A DNA stretch of 62,967 bases, filler included, from Klebsormidium nitens (taxonomy: Eukaryota; Plantae; Klebsormidiophyceae), in the NCBI GenBank assembly GCA_000708835.1. It is 4 parts of 4 records of this genome, joined end to end, with 100 filler letters (N's around TTAATTAATTAA, not from the genome) between each part and the next. Parts side by side here need not be neighbours in the genome. Positions count along the whole stretch, not along the records: positions 24,414 to 47,446 come from DF237881.1; 3 more parts are not named here. One strand, written 5' to 3'. The notes below the pieces were generated by a model. It searched no databases and had not been told where the DNA came from. It worked only from the letters and a program-made list of their open reading frames with translations. Made by a program: the position numbers and the translations under genes. The first letter of the stretch is position 1; the number at the start of each line of letters is the position of its first letter. Shown here one piece after another: positions 24,414 to 36,722 of this stretch.

Positions 24414-26603
24414 GGTAGGCGTGGAGCCTAGCTGCACCATCGGTGTTGACATCAACTTCGATTTGCAGTTTGAACTTCTTTGAGCCGTCCATCTGGATTT
24501 TCATCTGCCACGCGGAGCTCACAGACTGGTCAAGAAGCTTGAAGCGCGCGCAAAGCACCGTTGCCCGGCCACGGCACCATTTGACCTGCAGCCTGCTTTT
24601 GGAAATGAAGCTTGACGAAAATCACGTGATATGTCGTGCCTTTATACATAACATGGTCGCTGTTAAGATATTTTGATTTCTTTGTGTCACAGTTGACTTG
24701 TTGAGGTTGGGTTGCATTTTGACATATCTGGGCTGCTCGCCCGGTGTATAAGACCTCCGGTAAAACCCACTCAGAGAGCGGCAGCCTGCTCTGCTTGCTG
24801 CAGATATAAGACTAGCTTATCTGATCAGAGCATGACATACGCATTGCATCGATCCTCGGAAGTCGTTTAAGCGATCCGACCAATCAGGAATCAGGAAAGT
24901 CCTGCTTGATTTCATTGTCCTTTTGAATCTTCGAGGACGAGATATTAATTCGGATCAATTGTGACGAAGAAAGGCAGGAGAAGAGCTTGCTTCTTGCGCA
25001 GCGGCCCGTGCATGCTGGAGGAGCGCCGGACAGAGGCGGCATTGGAAGGAAGGAATAGAGGCGTTTTCCAGCAAACTGTTGCTCGACAAGACGCAGAGAG
25101 GGTGGTGATCACTGGAACTTGAGCATCTTTCCTCGAGTGCTGCGGGAGGAAACAGAGAGATCGTGGCACGCAGGAAAGGGAATGCTATGAGGAGGCCAAG
25201 CATTGATTGACCTCAACAGAACCAGGATGAATGAAGACTTCGGAAAGCAAAGAAGGTCAAGGTCCAGCGATCCTGGAGACCGTCTCAGAGGTACCCTGCA
25301 TTTGTCCTCTGATCATCGGGGAAGGTCTTTCTTTGAATATGATCCTCCAAGCTGTGACAAGTACGAGAGACATCACCACACCAGGGTGAGTTGCTTGCTG
25401 TACACCGCAGAAGTTGTTTATTTTATCGGAAGGGAGCTTCTGTGATTTGCATGGTGTACAAATTGAATCAAGAAGTCCATAGAGTCCCCTCATTCTGTAG
25501 AGGGAGTGCCTCATTCTTGAGGCCTGTTGAATCTGAGCAAATCAGCTTGATATGCACAATTCAGTCTGTGGTTCTCACACATTTATCAATAGAAGACGTG
25601 AAAGGAAGGCTTTTAATCACAGCTGTGGTTGTGCATCTGCATCATTTGCTCTATCTGGTCAAATATCTTGTTTTTGAGTTTCTGAGCTTTTACTGCTGCA
25701 TACATGGTTCTGAGCAGGAATGCTGCTATCTTTCTAAAGAGATCAGTGTCAGATGAAATATCCTACAACGCTTGCTTTTGATATTTCGGCTGATGCAGCA
25801 ATGTCATCGCTTGTTGGTCTTTTCTTGATGCAGGATATAGTTTGCAGCTTAAAATAAAATGCAGATAGACCTTCTTTTCTTCTTCTGCTCTTTGAAACTC
25901 TGGGGCTGAAGCTGCATGCATGTTTTGTGAGTTGGCAAGTGCAAACAGAGACCTCCTTTAGGCTGATACAGCATCGTTTGTAAGTTGATGCACACGGTCA
26001 AATGAAGCTGTGGCTAGGTAGGCAAAAAAGCCTTTTCTGTAGCATTGGCAAAGTTATCACAGACCTTGAAGTAGAAGAAGAGACCACAGGCATCCTTCTG
26101 ATAGCGCTCGGCATTAATAAAGTGACTTTGACGTACAACTCCGCCTTCTGTTATTCACTTGTGCTTCTCAGAGCCTGACATTTCCCGTGCTTTATCCTGT
26201 TTTTGGTCTCGTGCCAATTCGTATGCCACGCTTCCTTCTCAGGACTTCATGCATCTTCCAAGCTTACTTGTTTCATTGCTGTGCCTGAGAGTCACAGTTT
26301 TGAGCATCCTCACTGGACTGCAGAGAGAGGAAGTTGTCATCAATGCGTAGTTGCGGACTGTTGCATACATCATTAGTGAACCAGAACCTAGCCCGATTCT
26401 CAAGCTGTTACTTCTAGTCTCTGAGAGTACGAAGCACGAGAAACAGCAGAGTCATCTTCATAAGTTTGCCTACTGCAGATTTCGTGCTCCCTCATTGGAC
26501 ATGGTGTGTTCATACTTCTATCACTCAAGTAAATAAGGTCTGTGTAATCTGGACTTCTTCTGCAATACCTGTCAACTTCTAAGTCTAGGTTTCTTAGTTC
26601 TTC

Positions 26604-29600
26604 TTGCAGAACAGCTTCTCCTGCGGCTTCTTCACACAGCCTGGGGCCAGCCAAGGAGTTGCCCCTCTCGAACGCCCCAGCAAAGTCAGGAAAGCCCCTT
26701 CCGGCACGCACGAGCACGCTCTCACCCTCGCCGCTGCTCTAGCAACCAAGCTTCCTGATCGGGTTGAAGAATGGACGCGGACCGGCCTGAAAGCCGTGAC
26801 CGAAGAGCAGCGCGCGAGCATCGAGAGTTTCCTGGCGTCAGAGACGCAGGCAGCCGCAGAGTCGCAGAGCGCTTCCGAGAGCCTTGACACCGTCCCGCCT
26901 CTGGTGCACTCCGAAGAAGTGGACCTCAACGAACGGCCCTCGCGCGCTCAGCGCGGCCGGCGCTCTTTCGGCGGCTTCCTCGCTGACACTCTCTCGTCCC
27001 AGAGCAGAATCCGGCGCCGCTCCGAGTCCGGCAGCTTTCTCTCCCCGGAGCGCTGCTCCCCAGGCAAGCGGTGGTCCTTCTTCCGCTTCTCAACGCAACC
27101 GGGGAAGAGCCCCGCCCGCTCCGACCAGTCGAGCCTCCCGAGCAGCCCCGTCCGTGAGCATGACGTCATCGTCCCAAAACCACGCAAGCGTGCCATAAGC
27201 GACGGCGGCCGCAGATCCGAGCCCGTGTTCAGCCTCTCCCCAATCCGGACGTACGCGTCTCTCCCGCCACCGCCAGAACCGCCGACAGCTGGTCGGAGGT
27301 CGTTAACTGGGGCCAGCAAAGCGGGGCTCATGGACCAGCCGGCGACCGGGGAGAGCCAACCGGGGACTCCAACGCTGCCAGACATGCCCCGGGTTAACAC
27401 AATCCGGTCGAAGGATCTCCCCCCTCCTTGGAGCGCCCCAAACAGTCCCCCCGCAGAGAGACCTCCCTGGAACGCCCCAAACAGCCCCCCTCCCCGGTGG
27501 AGAGGCCCCAAGAGTCCGCCGTCGAACCCGCGCCCGGTGAAGACTTCCCGGGCTTCCGCGCTGACGTCATCTGTTCCGAGCAAGGCCCCGAGCCCCGGTG
27601 CAAGCCCCCGAGCGAGTGTGCTGAGGTGGAGCAGCTTCAGGGAGCCCCCGGCTTTTACGACTCCCAAGACGAAGGACGGGTTTGCCAGGCAATCTGGGAA
27701 GAGAGCGTCTGATCCTCCGGGCGAAGCTGTCGTGACACCCGGTGCGACGCGTCAGAACCAGAGCGCCCCGGTCTCGCCAAGGGGAAAGGAAGGCAAGTCT
27801 CTGTGGAAGTCCGGCGAGAAGGCGAGGCTGAGTGACAAGCGAAAGTCCGGCGAGTCTGCGAAAGGGGCTTCGCCGGCCGCAGCCAGAGTGCTGTCTCCCC
27901 CGCCAAAGCGAACGTTCTCGCACGAGACGGAAGATTTGCTCTGGGCCGAGCAGGCGCGAAAGAAGGGCAAGCTGACGAGCCCGGTGAAGACCCCCGGGGG
28001 CGAGAAGCGCGTCGGGCGGACGGAAGAGCGCCCCCAGTGGAACGAACCGGCGTGGAACCGGAAGGCCAAGCAGAAGCAGTCGCTCAGCCCGAAGAAGCGG
28101 TACTCCAAGGTGCGCAGCGCGTCCAAGAGCCCCGTCCGAATGCTGTCCGCGAAGAAGGGCGCCAAGCGCAAGTCGAACGACCTGGAGCAGCCGCTTCTGA
28201 CCGCGGATGACTCGTTTGCGGACGGCAAGCTGCCAAACGCCAACGAGAGCGCGGGCGCGGAGGATCTGCAGCTGCTCGGGAGTGCTGTAAAGGTGGCAAT
28301 TGATGCGATTCCGGGAATTTCTGCCCCGGAGAATCTTCCCCCGGTGATTCCTGCTACTGAAGCCGAAAATCTCAGCCCCAGAACCCTAGGCTTCCGCTCC
28401 AACACGGACGATTGTCCGGAAGCCGAGGATGCTGAAAGCTGGGAGAAGACGGTCGAGACGGCCTTTAGTGGACCGGAACCGGAACCGGAAAAGGAAACGG
28501 AACCAGCGGAAGAGTCGCCGACGCCCGTCTCGGAGCAGAAGCGGATTCGAAGCCCCGGGATGCAGATGCGCGCCGACCCCCGCCCCATGACCTCGAGCGG
28601 CATCCGATACGAGAACCCCCTGTATGACGTCACCATGACCGTGTCGTCGGACAAGATGAGTGACGTCATCACGACCGCCGCGCGGTTCGAGCAGGACCGG
28701 GCGTTGGAGGCAATCGAGGAGGGCGCGCGCGAGGGGCGTCGCGAGAGCGGCGGGATCGGGCGCGGCGGCCGGCCGACCAGCCCCGTCGGGTTCCGGCTGA
28801 CGGCGGAACGGAGCGTGAACAAGCCGGCGGAATCGGCGGAAGCGGGTGAATACAAGCCGGAGGCGTCCACCGACTCGGCCGAGAACTGGCTGACCCGCAA
28901 GTCGCTCACGCCCGCCAGCTCGCAGAAGGCGTTGTCGTCCAACGAGGAGACGTGGCTGTTCGCTGCGGAGGAAGAGGTTCCGGCGGCGGAACGGAACGCC
29001 ACGTGGCAGCAGGAGGGCATGGCAGTGACGGGCGGCAAGCTGACGGTGGCGGAGTGGCTGAAGCAGTTCGCGCCCGAAGGAAGCGAAGGAGACGGAGTTG
29101 CTGGGGATGATTCGGAGCGAGGGGATGCGGTTGCACAGAAGAAAGTTACTGCGGGGAACGGCCATAAGGAGGACGCGACCGGTGAGGGGTGGGAGGTTTC
29201 GGATTTGGTCGGCGTTGCGAAGGAGATAGGAAGCGAGGGAAAGGAGAGGTCGAGTTGCTCGCTCTTTGACGGCCTGCTGATAAATGACACGAGCACGGGC
29301 GCAAAGAATGAGGTCGTGGAAGCTAACGGGTACAGCGTTGAGAGTCCTGGCAATGGCGCCGCAGAAGGAGACGGCAGCGCACTCCGAACAGAGGCTCGAG
29401 TCCACACGTCGGAGCAGGAGCGACGGGAAGAGAAGAATCCGCAAGAGGCGAACGGATTGGCAGCGGAATGGAAGCCACCGGAAGACAATCCGCTCGGAGA
29501 AGCTCAGGAGAGCGAGTCGCCCAACGGCGCGCTGCGGGAGTTTGCGGGCGCGGGCGCGCGCAGAGTGCGCGCGGAACAAGGGGGCGACTCGCTCGGATGG

Positions 29601-31766
29601 AGCCAAGACGAAGTGATGATGACCTCAGTGACGTGGGAGTCGCTCATTCGCGAAAAGCAGGGTAAGGAGCGCCAGAAGTCTGTGGTCCAAGAGCTTCTTG
29701 TCGACATTGTCTTTCCCATCTTTCTACCTCGACTTCTCTGCTTTCGACGTCATAAAGAATGTTCGCAGACAGTTTGTTTGGTGTTTTGTCGCAAATGAAG
29801 GTGAAACCGTCGCGTCATGCAGTTCGTTTGTATCCTACTCTGAAAATATACCCCAAAGAATCTCCGGAGAAGCATTTTCAATTTGTAAAGTGGAATCGCA
29901 GTTGGAAGAATTACTTTGATCGTTCGATATGATGATGATCAATGCAGCCCCGTCAGGGCTAGCATCTTGCTCAAACTTAGGAAACAAGAGGAATATTTAG
30001 GAGACCTTGAGATGGCATCATCTCAAAGGTTGTAATCACTGGTCTTGTTTGAAAGCTCCTGCTATCAGGTTAATCAAGCCTTAGTCAATTTTTAAGTGAT
30101 TGCATTCTTGCTTGAGCTCACAACTTTGCACGAAGTTAATTGTTCAATTCCCACTGCATTTTCAGACACCCCAATACTTTCTCCAGAAGATCCCAAAAAC
30201 TACTGATACCTCTTCCACCAAACAAAGCAACATTGATTTTGGCAACGGAGGAGCCGGGAACGTTGCTAAACTCAAGTGTTTTCACCCTTCGCAGAGCTCA
30301 CGATTGAGGCGGCCGTCCCTGAAGCAATTGCACATCCGCACTTCTCCGAAGTCTGCTCCTCTCAAGACGAGTCAGAGAAGTCTTTCCAAGCTGATGATAA
30401 GACGGAACAGAAGGGCAAACCCGCGGAGAAGGAAGGGGAGCGAGCCAGAAGCCCAGTGCGGAAAGTGGGAGCAGGCATTGAGGAACAGGTTGCGTTCTTT
30501 GAGGCGAAGGCGTCTATTGCTGCGGACGTCTCTCCCGCAAAATCACAGGACATCGCAGTGCAGAACGGTCATCCAAAGACGGGTTCAGTTCCGGGAGCTC
30601 TGGCGGAGTTTGCCGAAGAGACGGCAAAGAAGGAAGGATGGCAGGAGAAGGCAGCGAAGGAAGCGGGCGGAACAGCCGCGGAAACGGAAAGCGAGGATGG
30701 AGAGAACGAGAGCGGCGGTGAGGACGACGCAAAGGCCGTCGAGCGACACGTGTCCGAAGCTGGACCATTTGATGAGGCCGCGGGAGCAGAGCTGAGAGGA
30801 GGGGCGCAGAAGGTTCCAAACGGAGTCTCGCATTTGGACGGAGAAGAATCTTGGGAGGTTGTGAGCGAGCGAGACTTTGAGGAAGTTCTGGGAGAGACGA
30901 GACTTGAAGTGGGAGAGAAAGGCCAGGAAGTAGGCGGATCTGGGGCGAATCAGACGAAGGACGGTGGGGTGGGAGAGGGCCAGTCTCAGGGGGACGAACA
31001 AGGGCTGCTGGGAGACGAAGCCGTAACTCGGGAGGAGAGAAGACTGTCGACGCAAGGGATGATCTTGTATCTTGGGAAGGGGGAAATCGATATGTCGGAG
31101 GTTTTCAGTGACGAGGAGAGCGAGGGCCAGGATGAAGAGTCTCCCATGCGCAGAGGAGTTTTGGCGAGCGGAGACGAGGAGATGAACGGGAAGTGGGGTC
31201 CGCACGGCAACGAGAGAGGGAGTCTTTCGGATCCAGGACTTGAGGTTGTGAAGGTGGCTGCAGAGAATGGAGAGGAAGTTCCGGCAGCGGCGCAGAAGCT
31301 TCCCGTGCAAGCGGACGGAACGGAAGAACCTCCAGCGGAAACGGATGAAACGGAACCCCCAGTTGCACTTGTGCAGAATGGTCACCACCAGCTCCTGGAT
31401 GGCCCTGTTGGACGTGAAGAGCTGGCAACTGCTCTGATTCCGGTTCGTGCAGCGGAGATCGAGAACGGAAACGGAAGCGGCGGCGGAGTAGCAGAGGAGA
31501 GCATGCTGGCGGTGATCGGCGGCGGTGTCAATGACGGCCACGTGGAAGGCGCGGAACAAGGCCACGCGGCGGAACGGCCGGAAGCGCAGGATGAGGAAGA
31601 GGAGGATGACGTCACGAGCGACGCTGCGACGGGGCAAGGGGGCGGTCAGAGTGACTTCACTGACGCGGAGAATGACGACATCCCAGTCTCTTCCAATGCG
31701 ATGCAGTCCGCTTGGCAGGAGAGTGACATGAACATGAACCTCGTGGCGTCTGAAACGGTGAGCTAA
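26604..31766 (+). CDS. Large low-complexity, probably disordered Ser/Pro/Glu-rich hypothetical protein (at least two large exons; upstream exons may start near 25.2 kb)
   Basis: 1064-aa and 496-aa ORFs with host-like GC3 bias. An acceptor-like TTGCAG lies near 26605-26610 and a donor-like G|GTAAG near 29661. No recognisable domain. Confidence 0.6.
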
Positions 31767-32130
31767 GGAAGATTAAAAATCTTCATTTGCAAATCGTGCT
31801 GTTTGAATCGAGGCGTTAGCGGGTGTCAGAGGAATAATCGCAGTCACAGGCGATACGCGGGGAAGTGTCGTAATTTGTGTTGCACCCTGAATCGAAACAA
31901 AAGGGAATCCTCTTAAGCCGACGGTTTTTCCAGATCGCCAGAGTCATCGTACGAAAAGAAAAGGCCAGAGACGAAGTACGTACATCTGGTCGAAGCGGAA
32001 CAATCCGACTCACAGCTTATTCCGAGTCGTGTTACTTGAATGCAGGTTTTTGCTTTCCACAAAAAATAAATCGTCGTCAAGCAACTTCCAAGTACTTTCC
32101 CGATTATTTTTCAGAAGCAGCAGCCAAACG

Positions 32131-32445
32131 ATGAATTTGCCTTCCTCAACAAACTATTCGTCGCAGGAGTACTGGCCCGACCAAGAAGCGCTTCCAGCGG
32201 CCCCTCAGTTCGCGATGTTCCCTCCGGAGCCCCGGAAGCCGCCGCCACATCCAGCAATCCAGATTGCGAAGGTCGGCGGCATTCTGGCACACGCGGCTGT
32301 GAAGACTGGAGTTGGGATGAGCTACATCACGCTGCAGCAGTGCGGAGTCCTCGCCAGAGTTGCAACTGGAATCCTTATTGACGATGCAAAAAGTGTCACG
32401 GGCGGTCTGTTCAAGTTCACTGGTAGAATGCTCGGTTTTGGGTGA
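32131..32445 (+). CDS. Small hypothetical protein (MNLPSSTNYSS...)
   Basis: ATG-initiated ~104-aa ORF with a Pro-rich N-terminus and a hydrophobic/Gly-rich C-terminus. No family recognised. Confidence 0.3.
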   Translation: MNLPSSTNYSSQEYWPDQEALPAAPQFAMFPPEPRKPPPHPAIQIAKVGGILAHAAVKTGVGMSYITLQQCGVLARVATGILIDDAKSVTGGLFKFTGRMLGFG

Positions 32446-34283
32446 GTGTAGCACTTGTAGGATGTTCGATTTCAGTTGAGAGTAGTATATTGCCAAAAGG
32501 AGCCTCCAAAGTAGGTCATATCTGCGTTTACCATGTAAAAGGCATCTAGGGGTAAAAGTCAAAGTCATGTCAGATGCAGAGGGTTGTTACTGTCGTAGTC
32601 GAAGAGTGTATTCATATGCAGCGGAATTGAAAGCGTGAACTTTAGTTGAAAGAGCAGAGCTCAGATGTATCATTCACGGCTTTTGTCGTTTATTCCAAGC
32701 TATTGCACATCTGGCGTGACATGGGAGGGCTATACTATAAGCCCTTCAGTGCGATACACTCATGTTGGGTACGTTGCGGCGACGGAAGGCTTAGTACGTG
32801 CGGTCAGGCCCGCCGGGCCTGGAAAATCATTCGCAAGTCGGGCCACTGAGATAGTGAGCTCAGAATCCCATCTAGATATATGGAACTTATACAACAACTG
32901 TCATATCAAAGTAAGTATAGGATAAGCCGGCCAGCGTTGCATACATCGAGCATAATGCGTCTAGCTGCTTGTGCGATTTGAAGATTGTGTTGAAGATTGA
33001 GATTCAGTCATTGACAATCCGCGATCCAGGCCCGTGCAATGTGAAATATGATTCTGCGGATCCATAGGCGGTCATGTTGCTTCCCGCGCGCTGCAATGGC
33101 CCTCCCCTCAGTGCCGGAGGCAGCGCGCCCCCACAATACCGATTACGTATCCCTACCATGGTCAATTCTGACTCCTTTTGAACGTATGCCGTCGGAGTGG
33201 GCGGCCATGAGAAATAAGTTCAGGGCTAGAAGTGGACTTCGATGCACACTTAATTTGAAGTAGCTCGAGGCCCCTGTCCTCATATCTTGTTGATACAGCT
33301 GTCTCTAAACCAAGATCCGACTACGTGAACAAAAAATGTTACACATTGCCATGCTGGTATGGGCCAGACATGCATCATAGAAGATCATAGACGGGTTGTC
33401 TGGCCTGGCGGGAGATCACCATATTGGGACAGAAAAGCAGCTCCGGCAGGCTGCCCTTATATTCAAATCCAGATTTTTGAACCTGACTGCGGGTTCACCT
33501 TTCTAACCTAGGGACCTGGAGTGCTTATTCTAGCAGCTTAGAAAAGAAAGCGAGTCAATGTGTACTGCAACACCTCCAAAGCCCCTTGCGCTGCGATTTG
33601 TGCGTCTGCCCGGCTTGCTCTGCAACAACTGGGTCTGCAATTGCGGGTTCGCCTGATTGCCTGCAAAGACGGCGAACGGATAGTTGCCACTGCATCTACA
33701 TTGCCGTAGAGGTATTCTACAGGACATTCTGGCCCAACAGATTCGTATGTCATAAAACATTTACATCGAAGATAGCACGTTCTTATGCACTTTCGGAACC
33801 AGCGAACGCAGATTAAAAATCTGCGCTCCTTTACCCGGTTCTACAAAAGGCGTCCGCTTCCGGCAAAGTCACCTGGGCCCCTTGCACCGTGCCCAGACGG
33901 CAAGTCCCGTTGATGACATCAGCCCGACCCGCCAGGTGAACCGATTCTGCAGACAGGGGGATCGTGAGAAAGAGGGATCACCCTGACCGTTTCGATGACG
34001 CAAATGGAATTTCAAACCACTGATGGAAGCTTTGAATGTAAGCATATGAGAGTGCAATGGGGAGGGCCAGACTGTGAACCAGTGAAGCGGAAACTCAACA
34101 TTCCACGGGCAGTACTTGCAAAGTCGATTTTGGAGGCCAGAACCGCGGAGCCCTAAACGCGCCCTTCCTGTGAACCCATCATAGCAGGTTGCTGTCATCT
34201 TTCCAAAAAGACTTCTCATGCGTCTGCGTCAAGGGCAGACAATACTTGGACACGAAGGAAAGAGAAGACACTATCCGCCCACA

Positions 34284-34379
34284 CCCAAGGCGCACAAGAA
34301 GAAGTACCTCTTCAAGGCGCTCAAGAACACCAAGTTCTTCCAGTCCACCGAGCTCGACTGGGTCGAGGCCGGCCTCCAG
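34284..34379 (+). pseudogene. PRP8: Isolated fragment of splicing factor PRP8 (PROCN region)
   Basis: [32 protein letters not shown] matches the highly conserved PRP8 segment PKAQKK.YLF....TKFFQST.LDWVE.GLQVC. It ends at CAG|GTACGC, and I could not find the neighbouring PRP8 exons. Confidence 0.75.
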
Positions 34380-34739
34380 GTACGCACCACAGCTTATTGG
34401 TGGATGTCTTCGGATTGCTTTCGGAGGCTTTGCTGTATCTTGCTTCACATCCTTCTGCAGTATCTATTATACTCCTTGCCTTTGGTATCTGGAAAACAAT
34501 TGGGTTTACATCAAAAAGAGGGCCACCTCGTCGAAGCTTACCAAGCATCATAGTTGGTTTCAGATATCCTACCGCTCCCCAAAACCTGCCTTTCTGAGCC
34601 GATCAACACAGAAACGGGTTCACCTTCCATTAAGACGAGACACATAAGGAACCATCTCACGCTTGCCCTCATGAAATGGTTTAACTTGACAGGTTTTAGC
34701 TGTGTCTGTATCAAAGCCGTTTCCTAGTCTGCAGAATCC

Positions 34740-35363
34740 TTACAACAGGCTGCTTGTGGACAACGTATTCATTACAGAAAAATGATATAACAGAACCGTT
34801 CCAGCCAAATCCGCACCTGCCCCTTGGCCTTCAGTTGAGAAGTTGTCGCCACACGATTCCCGTGCGTGTGCTGAGCGCGCCTCTAACGCCCCCGGATGAG
34901 CACCAAAATCCCGCCTTTTGCTTTTGCCAGCTGTCTCTGCACTTTCGGAGTCGTCACTGACTTCGATCACCTCCAACTTGGATGAGGTACAGCCTACCGG
35001 TGACCTCGTTTTTTTGGCGGGACGTTGTTGCCCAGTGACGCCATACGCTATGCTGCCACCCGGCCTGCTCTTGATCTGCGGCTCTGGTTGCTCAACCGTG
35101 ATGCTCTTTTCTGCGGAGATGAGTAGGGGCGCTAGCTTCTGAGCTGCTCTTTCCATCTGGCGCCGAAAGGCGTCAAGCACTCCAAGGGCCAACTCTAGCA
35201 GCCCAGAGGTGTCTCTACGGCGCCCGGGAAAGCGTTCAACGCAGGTGGCCAGCACTCGTAGTGGCATGGCGTCCTCCTTGCATTTCCAGAGCAAGTAGGC
35301 TATCTGGATTTCAGCAGGTTGCGCAACTGTGGGGGGTGCCATCTGCAGGAGGGGGGTTTTCAA
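34740..35363 (-). CDS. Hypothetical protein ORF
   Basis: 207-aa ORF, possibly spliced to 35774-36073. No recognisable family. Confidence 0.25.
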   Translation of the reverse strand: MKTPLLQMAPPTVAQPAEIQIAYLLWKCKEDAMPLRVLATCVERFPGRRRDTSGLLELALGVLDAFRRQMERAAQKLAPLLISAEKSITVEQPEPQIKSRPGGSIAYGVTGQQRPAKKTRSPVGCTSSKLEVIEVSDDSESAETAGKSKRRDFGAHPGALEARSAHARESCGDNFSTEGQGAGADLAGTVLLYHFSVMNTLSTSSLL

Positions 35364-36722
35364 TGAATACTGCAGAGGGAAAGGGGTGGTCAGCAGCCGA
35401 TTGCCCTGAGCTTAAAAGTCGTGAGGGCTTCAAGCAGCGATGGAAGGCAATCTAAAGAGTTGATGTCAGTAAAGGTGCCTTCTGCGGCCCCTTCTTATAC
35501 TTACAAGGGTCTTCTTGCCGATAAACATAAGAAACGTCATCTCGGAGAGTTGGTCATTATGAAGACTGTACAAGCTGTTTGCAACTGCAAAGGCTGCTAA
35601 ACGATTGTATTGACGTTTCAACTAGTTGACTTTCAAAGCCTGACACACGTTTAGCCACTATCGGAAAGAGATGACGAGCACACGTGGTTTCACCTGTGGA
35701 GTTGATCAGACACATGCTGACCAGCCCAAACAAATTGCAAATTGCTCTACAACATAGGGGCTGTCTACCAACTTCAAGCGAGCTGGGATGCCTGCGAGAG
35801 CCTTACCTGGATGAAAGATGACAGTTGCAGGTAAAGACTGAGAGCAGATTTTGCCTTTGGTGGCGTCCTCGTGAAGATACAAACGATCGCTCTTTTTGCT
35901 TCTGCCTCTGATTCTGACAATGCCTCTCCTATCAGCTGTGCTGCCTCGATTCTCAAGGGCGATCTGTCATCGGACAGCCTCTTTCCTTCAAGGGAACGGT
36001 TGAACATTCCGATGGTGTCCTTGATGATCCACTTTGGCCTAACCTGATGATTTCTTCCTTCTTGTCCCTCCATAACTCTGCCTTTTCTTTTACAAGTACT
36101 TCTGTTTCTAATGATGACCCCACTGCAGATCCGATGTCAGACTGTATAAGACAGGAAAAGATAGGGTGTCTATTTACGGTGCAGCCACGACGACATCCTC
36201 ATGCCAACAAAAGCACGGTTTGCGATCAGCAAGCCAACAACCGTTTGAACCATATGCTGGAGAGACTGGATAGACGAAAGAATACACTGGACAAAAAAGC
36301 AAGCCTCTTGCCCTTTGTATAAAGCCCTAACTTCAGCTCAGCTGCGAGCCAAACTGTCAAGATTTTGTGTCAGTAACAGCATCAAACTCTACTCAGTCAA
36401 AAATTCAATTCTGGCACAAGCTTCTTACAAAGAAGAATCACTGCCGCAATCAACAGAAGGCCCCGATGCGAGAAGAGCATGCTATATTCAGATTCTGAGA
36501 TGATTACATGAAAGAAAGCTACAAATGGCAATATCACTGTGGAGTCTGCTAATCACTCGCAACTGATATTTGACAGGAAGCTCATCATTGGCGACGGACA
36601 AGGCCTTCACCATGTCGTCACTCCCGATTGGCCTGCTTTTTCTGTTTGGGCAACCCTCTCTGAAAGAAGGTTCGTCGCATCATTTCCGTTATACGTCCCT
36701 TACAAAGTTTTGCTGCCTACAG

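Noticed and set aside
27752-29606. 578-aa and 406-aa minus-strand ORFs
   Set aside because: Antisense shadows of a GC-rich plus-strand coding region; no domain features.
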